In this document: positions 1 to 8,934 of the stretch, piece after piece
How the letters are laid out: every line of letters starts with the position of its first letter
How positions within the stretch are numbered: the stretch's first letter is position 1
Source of the DNA: Pseudomonadota bacterium
Lineage (GTDB): Bacteria; UBA10199; 2-02-FULL-44-16; JAAZCA01
NCBI GenBank assembly: GCA_043822785.1
Contig: JBDRBN010000046.1
Location: forward strand, 1-59,945
Length of the DNA stretch: 59,945 nucleotides
Direction of reading: 5' to 3'
The notes under the pieces: model-generated
Seen by the model: only the letters and a program-made list of their open reading frames with translations
Told to the model about the DNA's origin: nothing
Database searches by the model: none
Made by a program: the position numbers and the translations under genes

Positions 1-76
1 AGCAAAGCGAAGCAATCCCCTTATAACCTGTGTTTGCGGGAGATTGCTTCGTCGCTAAACGCTCCTCGCAATGACA
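1..76. repeat. REP/MITE-like palindrome (GTCATTGCGAG...GAAGCAATC...GATTGCTTCG...CTCGCAATGAC family), truncated by window start
   Basis: gaagcaatc...gagattgcttcg...ctcgcaatgaca; same ends as copies at 36580-36652 and 42859-42948. Confidence 0.75.
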
Positions 77-141
77 CCTAGACATGAGAAAAATGAATTC
101 TTATATTTCAACCAGTTAACACCTCTAACGCGACAGCAGTG

Positions 142-270
142 CAAGCAACAAATACCAAATAAGCACCAAATTCCAAACCCCAAATTCCAAACAAAACCTC
201 ATTATTTTTGTAGTTTGGTTATTGGAATTTGGAGTTTATTTGGAATTTGGTATTTGGAGCTTGGAATTTT
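142..270. repeat. heptamer-repeat inverted element (CCAAATT / TTGGAAT-type units)
   Basis: Tandem degenerate 7-mers followed by their reverse complements; close reverse-complement match to 47871-48022. Confidence 0.8.
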
Positions 271-1126
271 GTTCTTTCAAAAACTCCTCCACCGCCATTG
301 CTGCAGAAATCCCATCACCTATGGCTATCGATATATGCCTATCCTTATTACGATGGCAATCTCCGGCAAAGAAGACCGCTGCTGGTTTGGCTTCAAGTAT
401 TTCACTGTCCATAAAATCAAAGCATGTGTTCTTGCCAATGCATGCTATGACGAGATCTGTTCGTACGCTCTCATCGTTTTTGAATTCAACAATCAGCTGA
501 TCTGATTTGCGAACAATGGATGCAACATTTCTTGACGGCAAAATTTCAATGTTCGCTTTTTGAACATCTCTTAAAAGAGGCTGTGCGCAGCGAGCCTCAT
601 TATATTTCATGGCTATTGTCACATTTTTTGCTCTGCGCGAGAAACTAAGTGCCTGATCAAATGCAGCATCTCCGGTGCCTATTATGAGAACGTCTTTTTT
701 TTCGTGCGCAATCTCATGTGCGTTTGCATAGTAAAATATGTGATGGCCCTCAAGCTCATGCTCACCAGGCACTCCCAGGCGCTTTGGAACAAGTCCTGAT
801 GCTACAACAAGTGCCCGTGTGTTCGTATATCCTTGATCAGTAGTGATTACAAATCCGCATTCAGAGCGTTTTACGTTTTTCACTTCTTCATCACGGATTT
901 CTGCACCACAGGACTTTACCTGTGAGAGAAATCTATCCATAAGCTCTAAGCCGGTTATGCCATCAGGAAATCCTGGATAATTCTCTATCCTGTTTGCAGC
1001 CAGCGCCTGCCCTCCTGGTTTTGCTTTCTCAAACAGGGCAATGGATAGGCCCTGGCGATAAGCTTGCAATGCGCAGGCAAGGCCTGCGGGCCCTGCTCCT
1101 ACTATGGCGCAATCCACGATATTCAT
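236..1126 (-). CDS. thioredoxin reductase-like FAD/NAD(P)-dependent oxidoreductase lacking CxxC
   Basis: IVGAGPAG, IENYPGFPDGITGLELM, IIGTGDAA, FFAGDC; FYYANA where TrxB has CATC. Confidence 0.85.
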   Translation of the reverse strand: MNIVDCAIVGAGPAGLACALQAYRQGLSIALFEKAKPGGQALAANRIENYPGFPDGITGLELMDRFLSQVKSCGAEIRDEEVKNVKRSECGFVITTDQGYTNTRALVVASGLVPKRLGVPGEHELEGHHIFYYANAHEIAHEKKDVLIIGTGDAAFDQALSFSRRAKNVTIAMKYNEARCAQPLLRDVQKANIEILPSRNVASIVRKSDQLIVEFKNDESVRTDLVIACIGKNTCFDFMDSEILEAKPAAVFFAGDCHRNKDRHISIAIGDGISAAMAVEEFLKEQNSKLQIPNSK

Positions 1127-1707
1127 TTTCCCCTGCTTTGAAGCAAAGTTAAGACAGATTCAGTCTTTTCTATGAATGCAAAACCGTATTTCAGGTTTGT
1201 TATTGCTGCATTATGAAACTCGGCGCTGTTTGATGCGCATGCATCCTCCACAACGACTGGCTGCAGATCCTTCATGAATGCATGTCGCGCTGTGGTTTCC
1301 ACACACAGGTTTGTCATGACTCCACATATGACAGTCGTGTTTATACCATCGCCTTTTAGCCTGGCATCCAGCTCATTTCCTTCAAATAGACTATAGCGCG
1401 TCTTTGTGATGAATATTTCGCCTGCAGCAGGTTTTATTTCATCAACGAGCTTTGACTGCTCTTCATCATCCCAAGGCAGTTTATTATCCCACCACTTAGA
1501 CATCTGCCCAGGCGGATCAGTCCTTTTATGCGCATGCCTAGAGAACACGATAGGCCTATACATTTTTCGAAAAGCCTCGATAAGCTTTATGACATTTGGC
1601 AAAAGGCTCTTGGGAGGATCCAAATATGCATCAGCGCCCTCTTCAAGGAAGTAGCGCTGCATATCTATAACGATCAGAGCTGATTTTGTGAGGTCCAATT
1701 GCTTCAT
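1123..1707 (-). CDS. isochorismatase-family cysteine hydrolase
   Basis: ALIVIDMQRYF, K-TRYS, GVMTNLCVETTARHAF; start moved to ATG 1707 because the ORF-track N-terminus lies in a repeat. Confidence 0.9.
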   Translation of the reverse strand: MKQLDLTKSALIVIDMQRYFLEEGADAYLDPPKSLLPNVIKLIEAFRKMYRPIVFSRHAHKRTDPPGQMSKWWDNKLPWDDEEQSKLVDEIKPAAGEIFITKTRYSLFEGNELDARLKGDGINTTVICGVMTNLCVETTARHAFMKDLQPVVVEDACASNSAEFHNAAITNLKYGFAFIEKTESVLTLLQSRGK

Positions 1708-1721
1708 AAGTAAGGTTCTCT

Positions 1722-1803
1722 GAGATCCTTCGGGCGCAAGCACCCTCAGGCTTGTCCTGAGCGCAGCCGAAGGGATGACCCTCGGGGAAAACTCCCGAGG
1801 GTC
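1722..1803. repeat. nested REP/MITE-like element (GAGATCCTTCG...CTCAGG[..CCTGAGC..CGAAGG]GATGAC) plus hairpin
   Basis: Shares GAGATCCTTCG, CCTGAGCG, CGAAGG and CTCAGG/GATGA with 54794-54853; hairpin gaccctcggg/cccgagggtc at 1777-1803. Confidence 0.65.
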
Positions 1804-1938
1804 AACTTGTAAGGTTGCGGCCAGACCAAGTCAATAGTGGTGAGACCAGCGAGAGCGACGAGAAACGCCAGCAACGCCAACAACTTAAATATTTCTCAGA
1901 ATTTTTGGATCTGAAATCATGATAAAAACACATAAAAA

Positions 1939-2099
1939 TTACTGCCATAACGGTAAATATGATGTAAAATATCATACAAACTTCCTAAGAAGGCCATATA
2001 TCCTAATATTTACTGCCATAACAGTAATAATGCTTGAATATTAGTTGAAAATAAGGCTATGCTCTACATTGACATTAAATATTACTGCCATAGCAGTAA
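1939..2099. promoter_or_regulatory. three 18-bp palindromic operators TTACTG-N6-C(A/G)GTAA, probable HipB sites
   Basis: TTACTGCCATAACGGTAA 1939-1956, TTACTGCCATAACAGTAA 2010-2027, TTACTGCCATAGCAGTAA 2082-2099; TTGACA at 2069-2074. Confidence 0.85.
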
Positions 2100-2109
2100 A
2101 AAAGCCACA

Positions 2110-2331
2110 ATGGAATCAAAACTCAGCAATATAGTAAAAGAACACCGTAAGAGAAGCGGACTTAGTCAAATTGAACTCGCGCGAATTGCAGGTGTGGGCA
2201 AGACCGTGGTGTTCGACATTGAACACGGCAAAGAATCTGTCAGGCTAAACACATTGCTCAAGGTGCTAAATGTCTTAAACATCCAGATTATCTTCAAGGG
2301 CCCATTCATAAATAACGAGGATAAGCGATGA
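2110..2331 (+). CDS. hipB: HipB-like XRE HTH regulator/antitoxin
   Basis: RKRSGLSQIELARIAGVGKTVVFDIEHGK HTH; first gene of hip operon. Confidence 0.85.
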   Translation: MESKLSNIVKEHRKRSGLSQIELARIAGVGKTVVFDIEHGKESVRLNTLLKVLNVLNIQIIFKGPFINNEDKR

Positions 2332-2636
2332 GAAAAGCCATGATATCAGTTCATGGAATCGATGCTGGCATACTCGAAGAGATAAGCAGCAGGGAATATC
2401 GCTTTGCATATCTGGAAGAATACAAAAAGCCTGCTATCTCCATGAGCATGCCTACCGATAAAAGGATCTATGAGTTTGATAGGTTTCCTCCGTTCTTTGA
2501 TGGACTTCTCCCAGAAGGATTTCAGCTCGAGGCGCTTCTGAAAACAGACAAGATCGACAAGGATGATTTCTTCACACAACTCGTAACAGTGGGCGCCGAT
2601 CTCGTAGGTGCTGTTACTGTGAGGGAAATCACATGA
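2328..2636 (+). CDS. hipS: HipA N-terminal-domain protein (HipS-like antitoxin)
   Basis: About 100 aa, ISMSMP, PPFFDGLLPEG, GADLVGAVTV; ATGA overlaps on both sides. Confidence 0.8.
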   Translation: MRKAMISVHGIDAGILEEISSREYRFAYLEEYKKPAISMSMPTDKRIYEFDRFPPFFDGLLPEGFQLEALLKTDKIDKDDFFTQLVTVGADLVGAVTVREIT

Positions 2637-3562
2637 GACGATGCCCGATCACCTATGAGATCATAGATGATAATGTGCACTATTCCCGCAAAGGGCTTAA
2701 TCAACTTTCACGTCGGTTAACTGATCTATCACCCCTTCCACTCACAGCTTCTGAGCAACGCCAGGAAGCTGGTGCTCGTTCAGACAAGATGTCCATTCAG
2801 GGCATGCAGCCGAAACTCAGCGCTATCCTCAACATAAAGAAAGGGCGCTTTGAGATAGTTGATAGGAATGGAAAATACATTCTCAAACCCCAATGCGAAT
2901 TCGAGGAAATACCGCAAAACGAAGCCATCACCATGACCATGGCCGGCATGATAGGAATTGAAGTGCCGGTTCACGGACTTTTGTTTTCCAAGGATGGAAG
3001 TTTTACCTATTTTATTAAACGCTTTGACCGCACCCCCAGAAAAGGCAAGTTGCAAGTTGAAGACTTTGCGCAGTTATCAGGTGAGTCGCGCGAAACAAAA
3101 TATCGCAGCTCCATAGAAAAGGTTGCGAGTATCATTGAGAAGCACACAAGTTTTCCAGTTGTTGAAAAGGTAAAACTGTTTACGAGAACGCTCTTCGCAT
3201 ACCTCATAGGCAATGAAGACATGCACCTCAAAAATTTTTCGCTAATAGTTAGAGATGATAAAGTCGAGCTTTCTCCGGCATATGATTTGGTAAACTCGAC
3301 CATTGCTTTGCCACGCGCAAAGGAGGAACTGGCACTTCCTCTTAATGTAAAGAAATCAAAAATTAAACGCAGCGATCTTATCGACTACTTTGGTATGCAA
3401 AGGCTAGGGTTAACTAAAGCAACTATTGATGACATTTTGGCAGTAATTGATGCTGCAATGCCTAAATGGTTCGATCTTATTCAGCAGAGCTTTCTTTCAG
3501 CTAGGATGAAGGAGAATTACATGGCTTTGCTTAAGAATCGCAGCGAGGTGCTTGAATTGTGA
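2633..3562 (+). CDS. hipT: HipA-family Ser/Thr kinase toxin (HipT-like)
   Basis: MSIQGMQPKLS Gly-rich loop, YILKP, IKRFDR, EDFAQL, GNEDMHLKNFS, LSPAYDL. Confidence 0.88.
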   Translation: MRRCPITYEIIDDNVHYSRKGLNQLSRRLTDLSPLPLTASEQRQEAGARSDKMSIQGMQPKLSAILNIKKGRFEIVDRNGKYILKPQCEFEEIPQNEAITMTMAGMIGIEVPVHGLLFSKDGSFTYFIKRFDRTPRKGKLQVEDFAQLSGESRETKYRSSIEKVASIIEKHTSFPVVEKVKLFTRTLFAYLIGNEDMHLKNFSLIVRDDKVELSPAYDLVNSTIALPRAKEELALPLNVKKSKIKRSDLIDYFGMQRLGLTKATIDDILAVIDAAMPKWFDLIQQSFLSARMKENYMALLKNRSEVLEL

Positions 3563-4710
3563 GAGTTCGATATACCATTATCTTTTTTGCCACGCTAATT
3601 GTGCTCGTCGTTTTGCACATATCTCCGGCTTTTGCCCAAACCCATGATCACGTGCTTGGTGGCTTTGAAATGAACGGATATGTAATCGCAGTCGCAGGCT
3701 GGCAGCGTTTCAGCAATGATCCCATAACAGCAAACGGAGACGACGGCTCATACGAAGGCCCCATAGGCGCATGGCTTCCAGGTGCTGTGGTGGCAGGAGC
3801 TGCCGCACCTCAACCAGGAAGCAATTTTATCGGGTTTTTCATACCAAAAGTAGAATTCGATATAATAAAGCGCTTTGGCAATCGGGCGCGTTTGCGCGCA
3901 GATCTACAGTTTGGAAGACCCCAGTCCGGTTCGGGAGCAGGATTCTTTAATCTCGAACACGCCTATGCTGTGGTAACGCTAGTTGAGAAGTACAACGTTG
4001 AATTGTGGCTCGGAAGAATTGGTCTTCAGGCAGGCTTTGAGCCATATCAGAACTATTACAATGATACGATTTCCTGGAGCCTTTTATGGCGTTCTATATT
4101 TCCGCCTGCGTTCATAACCGGCGCACAGATCTCTGCAGTATTTTCTGACAACTGGTCGCTCTATGTTGCAGTGGGAAACGGAGCCATACGCGACACAACG
4201 GCTATGCCAAAGGAAATGCCATCATGGGTGACATCGCTCATCTATTCCTGGGGTGAACAGATAAACGAGTCGAGCCTTGTGCTCACTGGTTGGTTTGGAC
4301 CCGAGTCAAACAGCAACCGGCATTTTACCTTTGGGTGCGATGTTACGCTTAGCTGGTGGATTGCGCCCAAGTGGGAACTCGGACTTGAGGCAGAGTGGCA
4401 GCGCGATAACGGAAACGGGGGCCCGAATACCGATTACGCTGCTGCGCTTTTAAACCTACACTGGGACTTTGCGCCTAAATGGTATGGGGTTTTCAAATAT
4501 GCATATGGCCAGCAGTTTGATGTAGGAAACGGCGTGATAAACAAAACTGGCGCAAAGCAGCAGATCCACGAGCATAGCCTGGCTTTGGGATACTATATCG
4601 CAGATAGTGCAAAGCTTAAGTTAGAAGGGCGGTTTGATGTGGTGGCTCCGGCAGGAGGCCGCACGCAATATGTGGGCGGCACAGCTATTGCGCTTAACTA
4701 TGCATTTTAG
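3559..4710 (+). CDS. outer-membrane beta-barrel porin-like protein
   Basis: Signal peptide (SPAFA-Q), amphipathic strands, C-terminal YAF; resembles OmpL-like/BBP2 porins. Confidence 0.7.
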   Translation: MRVRYTIIFFATLIVLVVLHISPAFAQTHDHVLGGFEMNGYVIAVAGWQRFSNDPITANGDDGSYEGPIGAWLPGAVVAGAAAPQPGSNFIGFFIPKVEFDIIKRFGNRARLRADLQFGRPQSGSGAGFFNLEHAYAVVTLVEKYNVELWLGRIGLQAGFEPYQNYYNDTISWSLLWRSIFPPAFITGAQISAVFSDNWSLYVAVGNGAIRDTTAMPKEMPSWVTSLIYSWGEQINESSLVLTGWFGPESNSNRHFTFGCDVTLSWWIAPKWELGLEAEWQRDNGNGGPNTDYAAALLNLHWDFAPKWYGVFKYAYGQQFDVGNGVINKTGAKQQIHEHSLALGYYIADSAKLKLEGRFDVVAPAGGRTQYVGGTAIALNYAF

Positions 4711-4733
4711 GATTTATTTGAGGGCGGGCATTC

Positions 4734-5519
4734 ATGCGTAAATTACGTCTCTTTGCTTCAGATCTGGATCACACGATGTTTACTCCAGGGGAGCCGGCTG
4801 ACACGGAATCCCTTAAGATCCTTATGGACTGGCTAAAAGACAATTCAATTAAATTAAGCTATGTTTCCGGACGTTCCTTTGACATGGTATGGGATGTAAT
4901 GGCTGAATATAGTCTGCCTATGCCGGATTATATCATTTCCAGCGTGGGAACCTGCATAACCCATCATAAACATGGCAAATGGGTTGTGCTCGACAAATGG
5001 AGAGATCGGCTTAGATCAAAATGGTCGCATATCACTGTATCTAAGCTTACTGAAATGATGTCTTCATTTCCTCAAGCACAGATGCAGCCAGATCAGGAGC
5101 AGGGAGAATTTAAGCTAAGCTACCGCATCCTTGATGATGAACCGCTTAATGTGTGGGAACGGCGAGTTGAACAAGGCCTGAAAGAGCGCGATTTGGAAAT
5201 TACTCTGATCATAAGTCAAGGTGGAGAAAGTCCTATATGTGTAGACTTTGTGCCTAATATAGCTTCCAAATCCAAAGCGCTCGAATTCTTGGCAGAAGAG
5301 ATGAAGATTACTAAGGATGGTGTGGTCTATGCTGGCGACAGCGGTAATGACGAAGACGCCCTTGCGTGCGGAGTTTTTGGAATTCTAGTTGCAGGAGGCG
5401 AAGCCGGTTTAGCTCATAGGCTAGGCAAATACAAACGCATCTATTGTGCAAATTCACTTCAGGTCAAAGGGATATTGGAAGGGCTCAGACACTTTCGCTT
5501 TATGAAGGAGGTAAAATGA
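4734..5519 (+). CDS. HAD-IIB sucrose-phosphate (or mannosylfructose-phosphate) phosphatase-like
   Basis: FASDLDHT, YVSGRS, PDYIISSVGT, QGEFKLSY, YAGDSGNDE. Confidence 0.85.
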   Translation: MRKLRLFASDLDHTMFTPGEPADTESLKILMDWLKDNSIKLSYVSGRSFDMVWDVMAEYSLPMPDYIISSVGTCITHHKHGKWVVLDKWRDRLRSKWSHITVSKLTEMMSSFPQAQMQPDQEQGEFKLSYRILDDEPLNVWERRVEQGLKERDLEITLIISQGGESPICVDFVPNIASKSKALEFLAEEMKITKDGVVYAGDSGNDEDALACGVFGILVAGGEAGLAHRLGKYKRIYCANSLQVKGILEGLRHFRFMKEVK

Positions 5520-8002
5520 TTGCCGTTATAATGGCAGGAGGCGTTGGCTCAAGGCTAAGGCCGCTTACAAGTTATTCGCCAAAGCCCATGTTGCCGATAC
5601 TGAACAAGCCGATCATGGAATACGTGCTTCATCCACTGGTTCGGGCAAAAATAACGCGCGCAATGGTAACGCTGTATTACAGGCCGAACGATATCAGAGA
5701 TTATTTCACTGACGGCAGCGACTGGGACATCGATCTGAAATACTCTTTGGAAAAGCAGCCTCTTGGGACAGCTGGTTCTGTTAAGCTCGCGCTCTCAAAA
5801 CTGAAAGTGAACGAGCCTATTTGTATAATAAGCGGAGACGGGCTTACTGATTTTGATCTTGGCAAAGCTTTTGAAGAGCACAAAAGAAAAAAAGCTGACG
5901 TGAGCATCCTGCTTAAGAAAGTGGAAAATCCGCTGGAGTATGGCGTTGTGGTGACTGATGAGGATGGGTGGATCGATAAATTTATGGAAAAGCCCGGACG
6001 CGGTCAGGTGGTGAGCGATCTGGTGAACACGGGCATATATATCATCGAACCAGACATAATCTCCAAGATTCCCGATGACGTTGAATACGACTTTGCAAAG
6101 GATCTGTTTCCAAAGCTCCTAAAGGCAAAGACCAAAATGTTGGGAATAACGATGGATGGATACTGGGCAGATATCGGCGATCTTAAACAATATGTTCAAA
6201 CTCAATGCGACATACTCGAAGGAAAAGTTAAGCTCAGAATTCCCGGACGAAAGCTGGCGCCTGGCGTTTGGGTTGGAGAACATGTGGAGCTTAGTGGCGA
6301 GGAGGTGCTGCGGTCTCCGGTCTTTGTAGGCGAAAACTGTCGCTTGGGTAAGGATTGTAAAATCGGACCGCATGCGATTATCGGCGATAACGTTGTCGTG
6401 GATCCTAGGGCTAGCGTACAGCACTCAGTCATCATGTCGAACTGTTTTTTGGGCGAAGGCGTTCAGGTTGATGGATCGATACTCGGCAGAAATGTCATCG
6501 CTGAAACAGGAAGCTCGATCTATGAGGGTGCGGTTGTCAGCGACAACTGCCTTCTGGGCCAGCATTCCACTATCCAGGCAGGCGTGTTCATCTGGCCTGA
6601 TAAGCGGGTTGAGGCTGAGGCTGTGGTGACAAACGACATGGTCTGGAGCACATCGCATCAGGCGCAGGTGTTTGCCGGCAACGTTGTAAAGGGTTTGGCC
6701 AACATACGCATCACTCCTCAGTTTGTCATGCGACTGGCCATGGCTTTTGGCGCGGTTTTGGGCCGCAATAAGCTTGTGGTAGTAAGCCGCGATGGTTCGC
6801 GCGCATCTAGGCTCATGAACCGGGTTTTGACCTCAGGGCTTATGGCCATGGGCGTTAATGTGATTGATCTCTATGGAATGCCTGCTTCGATCTGCAGCTA
6901 TGCGGTGAGGTCGCTTGGCGCAAATGGGGCCTGCCATGTTCGCATAGGCGATGAGCATTCTGAGATGATCCAGATGGAGTTTTTTGACAGCAACGGATAT
7001 CCGCTGGGCCGCGATATTCAGCGCAAGATCGAGGCGTTCTATACTCGGGGCGATTTTCCCCGGGTGAAAGTCGAAGATGTAGGCTTGATGCACTATCGGC
7101 CCGGCTTTATTTCAAATTACGTTGCAGAGGCCCTTCGCCACATCGATCGCGATCTCATTGCGTCCAAGAACTTTTCGGTTGTCATCGACTATGCATATGG
7201 AACCACCTGGCAGATCATCCCGCATCTGTTAGAGCCTATCGGTTGTGAGCTCATAACTCTGAGGCCATATACAGAAGGCGGCCCACGGCGCGTTGCGAAT
7301 AGCGAGGCAGCGCTGGAGCGCCTGGTCAGGATGACGCGCCTGAATGCGGATTTGGGCGTGCTCATGAGCCCAAACGGCGACAGCTTCTCTCTTGTGGATG
7401 AGCTTGGCAATGTTCACTCTCCAGAAATGGTGAGATTGCTTCTCGTTAACAGAAAGCTTGCTGTCAGCAGGGATTCGATAGTCGTGCCTGTCAACTGGTC
7501 AGATGCTTATCCTGTTTTGATTCAAAGAAGCGGCGGAAAGGTTGTTCCGGCCAAGGCGGATTGGGGGGATATAATAAGAACCGCTGCAGGCGAGATCGAT
7601 ACGCCTGGCGAATGGGTCACCTTTCATCACTTCTACCATGAGATAGATGCATCATTTGCGTTTATGAAGATTTTGGAGCTGATAGCCAGCACGAAGATGC
7701 CCCTTTCCAAACTAGTAGCAGAACTTCCGTCAGTGCGAATTTATACTGTACGCGTAAGCTGCCCGTGGGAGAAGATGGGTACGGTTCTCAGGCGGTTTGC
7801 AGAGAGTTATCCGCCGACCCAGGTGGAAACACACGACGGCATAAAGATACGGACAGCAGAAGCGTGGTGTCTTGTGCTGCCCGACGCTTCATCTCCAAAA
7901 CTGATCATCTCCGCTGAAGGCACGACCGACGACAAGAGAGACAGAATGCTCACATCCTGTCGGGAACAGATTGAGAAAATGATCGCTGAGGAGGCCGGAT
8001 GA
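5516..8002 (+). CDS. sugar-1-phosphate (mannose-1-P-like) nucleotidyltransferase fused to hexapeptide repeats and PGM/PMM-like domains
   Basis: AVIMAGGVGSRLRPLT..PKPM, EKQPLGTAGS, FMEKP, YWADIG; left-handed beta-helix; PGM-like C-terminus; RBS AGGAGG before ATG 5516. Confidence 0.85.
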   Translation: MIAVIMAGGVGSRLRPLTSYSPKPMLPILNKPIMEYVLHPLVRAKITRAMVTLYYRPNDIRDYFTDGSDWDIDLKYSLEKQPLGTAGSVKLALSKLKVNEPICIISGDGLTDFDLGKAFEEHKRKKADVSILLKKVENPLEYGVVVTDEDGWIDKFMEKPGRGQVVSDLVNTGIYIIEPDIISKIPDDVEYDFAKDLFPKLLKAKTKMLGITMDGYWADIGDLKQYVQTQCDILEGKVKLRIPGRKLAPGVWVGEHVELSGEEVLRSPVFVGENCRLGKDCKIGPHAIIGDNVVVDPRASVQHSVIMSNCFLGEGVQVDGSILGRNVIAETGSSIYEGAVVSDNCLLGQHSTIQAGVFIWPDKRVEAEAVVTNDMVWSTSHQAQVFAGNVVKGLANIRITPQFVMRLAMAFGAVLGRNKLVVVSRDGSRASRLMNRVLTSGLMAMGVNVIDLYGMPASICSYAVRSLGANGACHVRIGDEHSEMIQMEFFDSNGYPLGRDIQRKIEAFYTRGDFPRVKVEDVGLMHYRPGFISNYVAEALRHIDRDLIASKNFSVVIDYAYGTTWQIIPHLLEPIGCELITLRPYTEGGPRRVANSEAALERLVRMTRLNADLGVLMSPNGDSFSLVDELGNVHSPEMVRLLLVNRKLAVSRDSIVVPVNWSDAYPVLIQRSGGKVVPAKADWGDIIRTAAGEIDTPGEWVTFHHFYHEIDASFAFMKILELIASTKMPLSKLVAELPSVRIYTVRVSCPWEKMGTVLRRFAESYPPTQVETHDGIKIRTAEAWCLVLPDASSPKLIISAEGTTDDKRDRMLTSCREQIEKMIAEEAG

Positions 8003-8934
8003 TCGAAGTCATAAGCCTTGGCGAGATGATAGTTGATATGATCGCTGAAGGTGAAAGGCAGTTTTGCGCGCATCCTGGAGGCGCGCCCGCAAACGTGGCC
8101 ATGGATTGTGTGCGGCTTGGGCATTCCGCGGCATTCATAGGCAAGCGCGGAAATGATGCGTTTGGCAACATGCTGAATCAGACGCTGGAGCAAAAGGGGG
8201 TTGATGCCACAGGTTTCACCTCCACGGACGAGGCAAACACGGGGTTGGCATTTGTCTTCAGAAAAGAAGCAGGAGAGCCCAGTTTTTTCTTTTATCGCAA
8301 CCCAGGTGCGGATGAACTTTTGGATCCAGAAGATATTCCATCAGCCTTGTTCGATGGGCCAAAGTGGTTTCACTTTGGCTCTATCTCCCTTTATCACGAT
8401 AGATCAAGAGCCGCTACAGAACATGCCTGCAAGCTAGCTAAGGATAATAATTTGATTGTCTCATACGATCCAAACCTCAGGCCGCACCTTTTGCGCGAGC
8501 GGAAAGGCGCGCTGGATGCGGCGCGCAATGCTGCCCGCTACGCTGATGTGATCAAGCTCGGTGAAAAAGAGGCCCTTCTGATAACAGGCGAATCAGACGA
8601 GAAAGATGCTGTGAAGAGTTTGTTCAAATCCGGCATAAAGATGATCGCCATCACGCGCGGCTCAAAAGGCTCATCTCTCATCCTACCGCACGCCAGGGCG
8701 GATGCGTTTCCTCCCAAGGTCAGTCCGGTCGATACGACCGGCGCTGGCGATGCGTTTACGGCTGCGCTCATCTGCGGAATGCTTGAAGGTGACGTTTTCA
8801 GTAACGATGATATTGCTTCTCTGGATGATAAGAGGTTATCAGCAGTGCTTGAATTTGCATCGGCAGTTTCAGCCAAAAGCACTGAGGCTGAGGGTGCCAC
8901 TGCGGGCGTGAAAAGATGGGGGGAGAGACCATGA
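7999..8934 (+). CDS. PfkB-family fructokinase
   Basis: PGGAPANVA, FYRNPGAD, SYDPNLR, VDTTGAGDAF. Confidence 0.9.
   Translation: MIEVISLGEMIVDMIAEGERQFCAHPGGAPANVAMDCVRLGHSAAFIGKRGNDAFGNMLNQTLEQKGVDATGFTSTDEANTGLAFVFRKEAGEPSFFFYRNPGADELLDPEDIPSALFDGPKWFHFGSISLYHDRSRAATEHACKLAKDNNLIVSYDPNLRPHLLRERKGALDAARNAARYADVIKLGEKEALLITGESDEKDAVKSLFKSGIKMIAITRGSKGSSLILPHARADAFPPKVSPVDTTGAGDAFTAALICGMLEGDVFSNDDIASLDDKRLSAVLEFASAVSAKSTEAEGATAGVKRWGERP

Noticed and set aside
71-505. ORFs 71-505, 222-500, 229-414
   Set aside because: They are antisense to the TrxB-like gene and translate the heptamer repeat (QIPN/GIW patterns).
1939-2099. Three evenly spaced repeats as a mini CRISPR array
   Set aside because: The repeats are only 18 bp with 53-54 bp gaps, there are no cas genes, and they overlap the promoter of an HTH gene; operators fit better.
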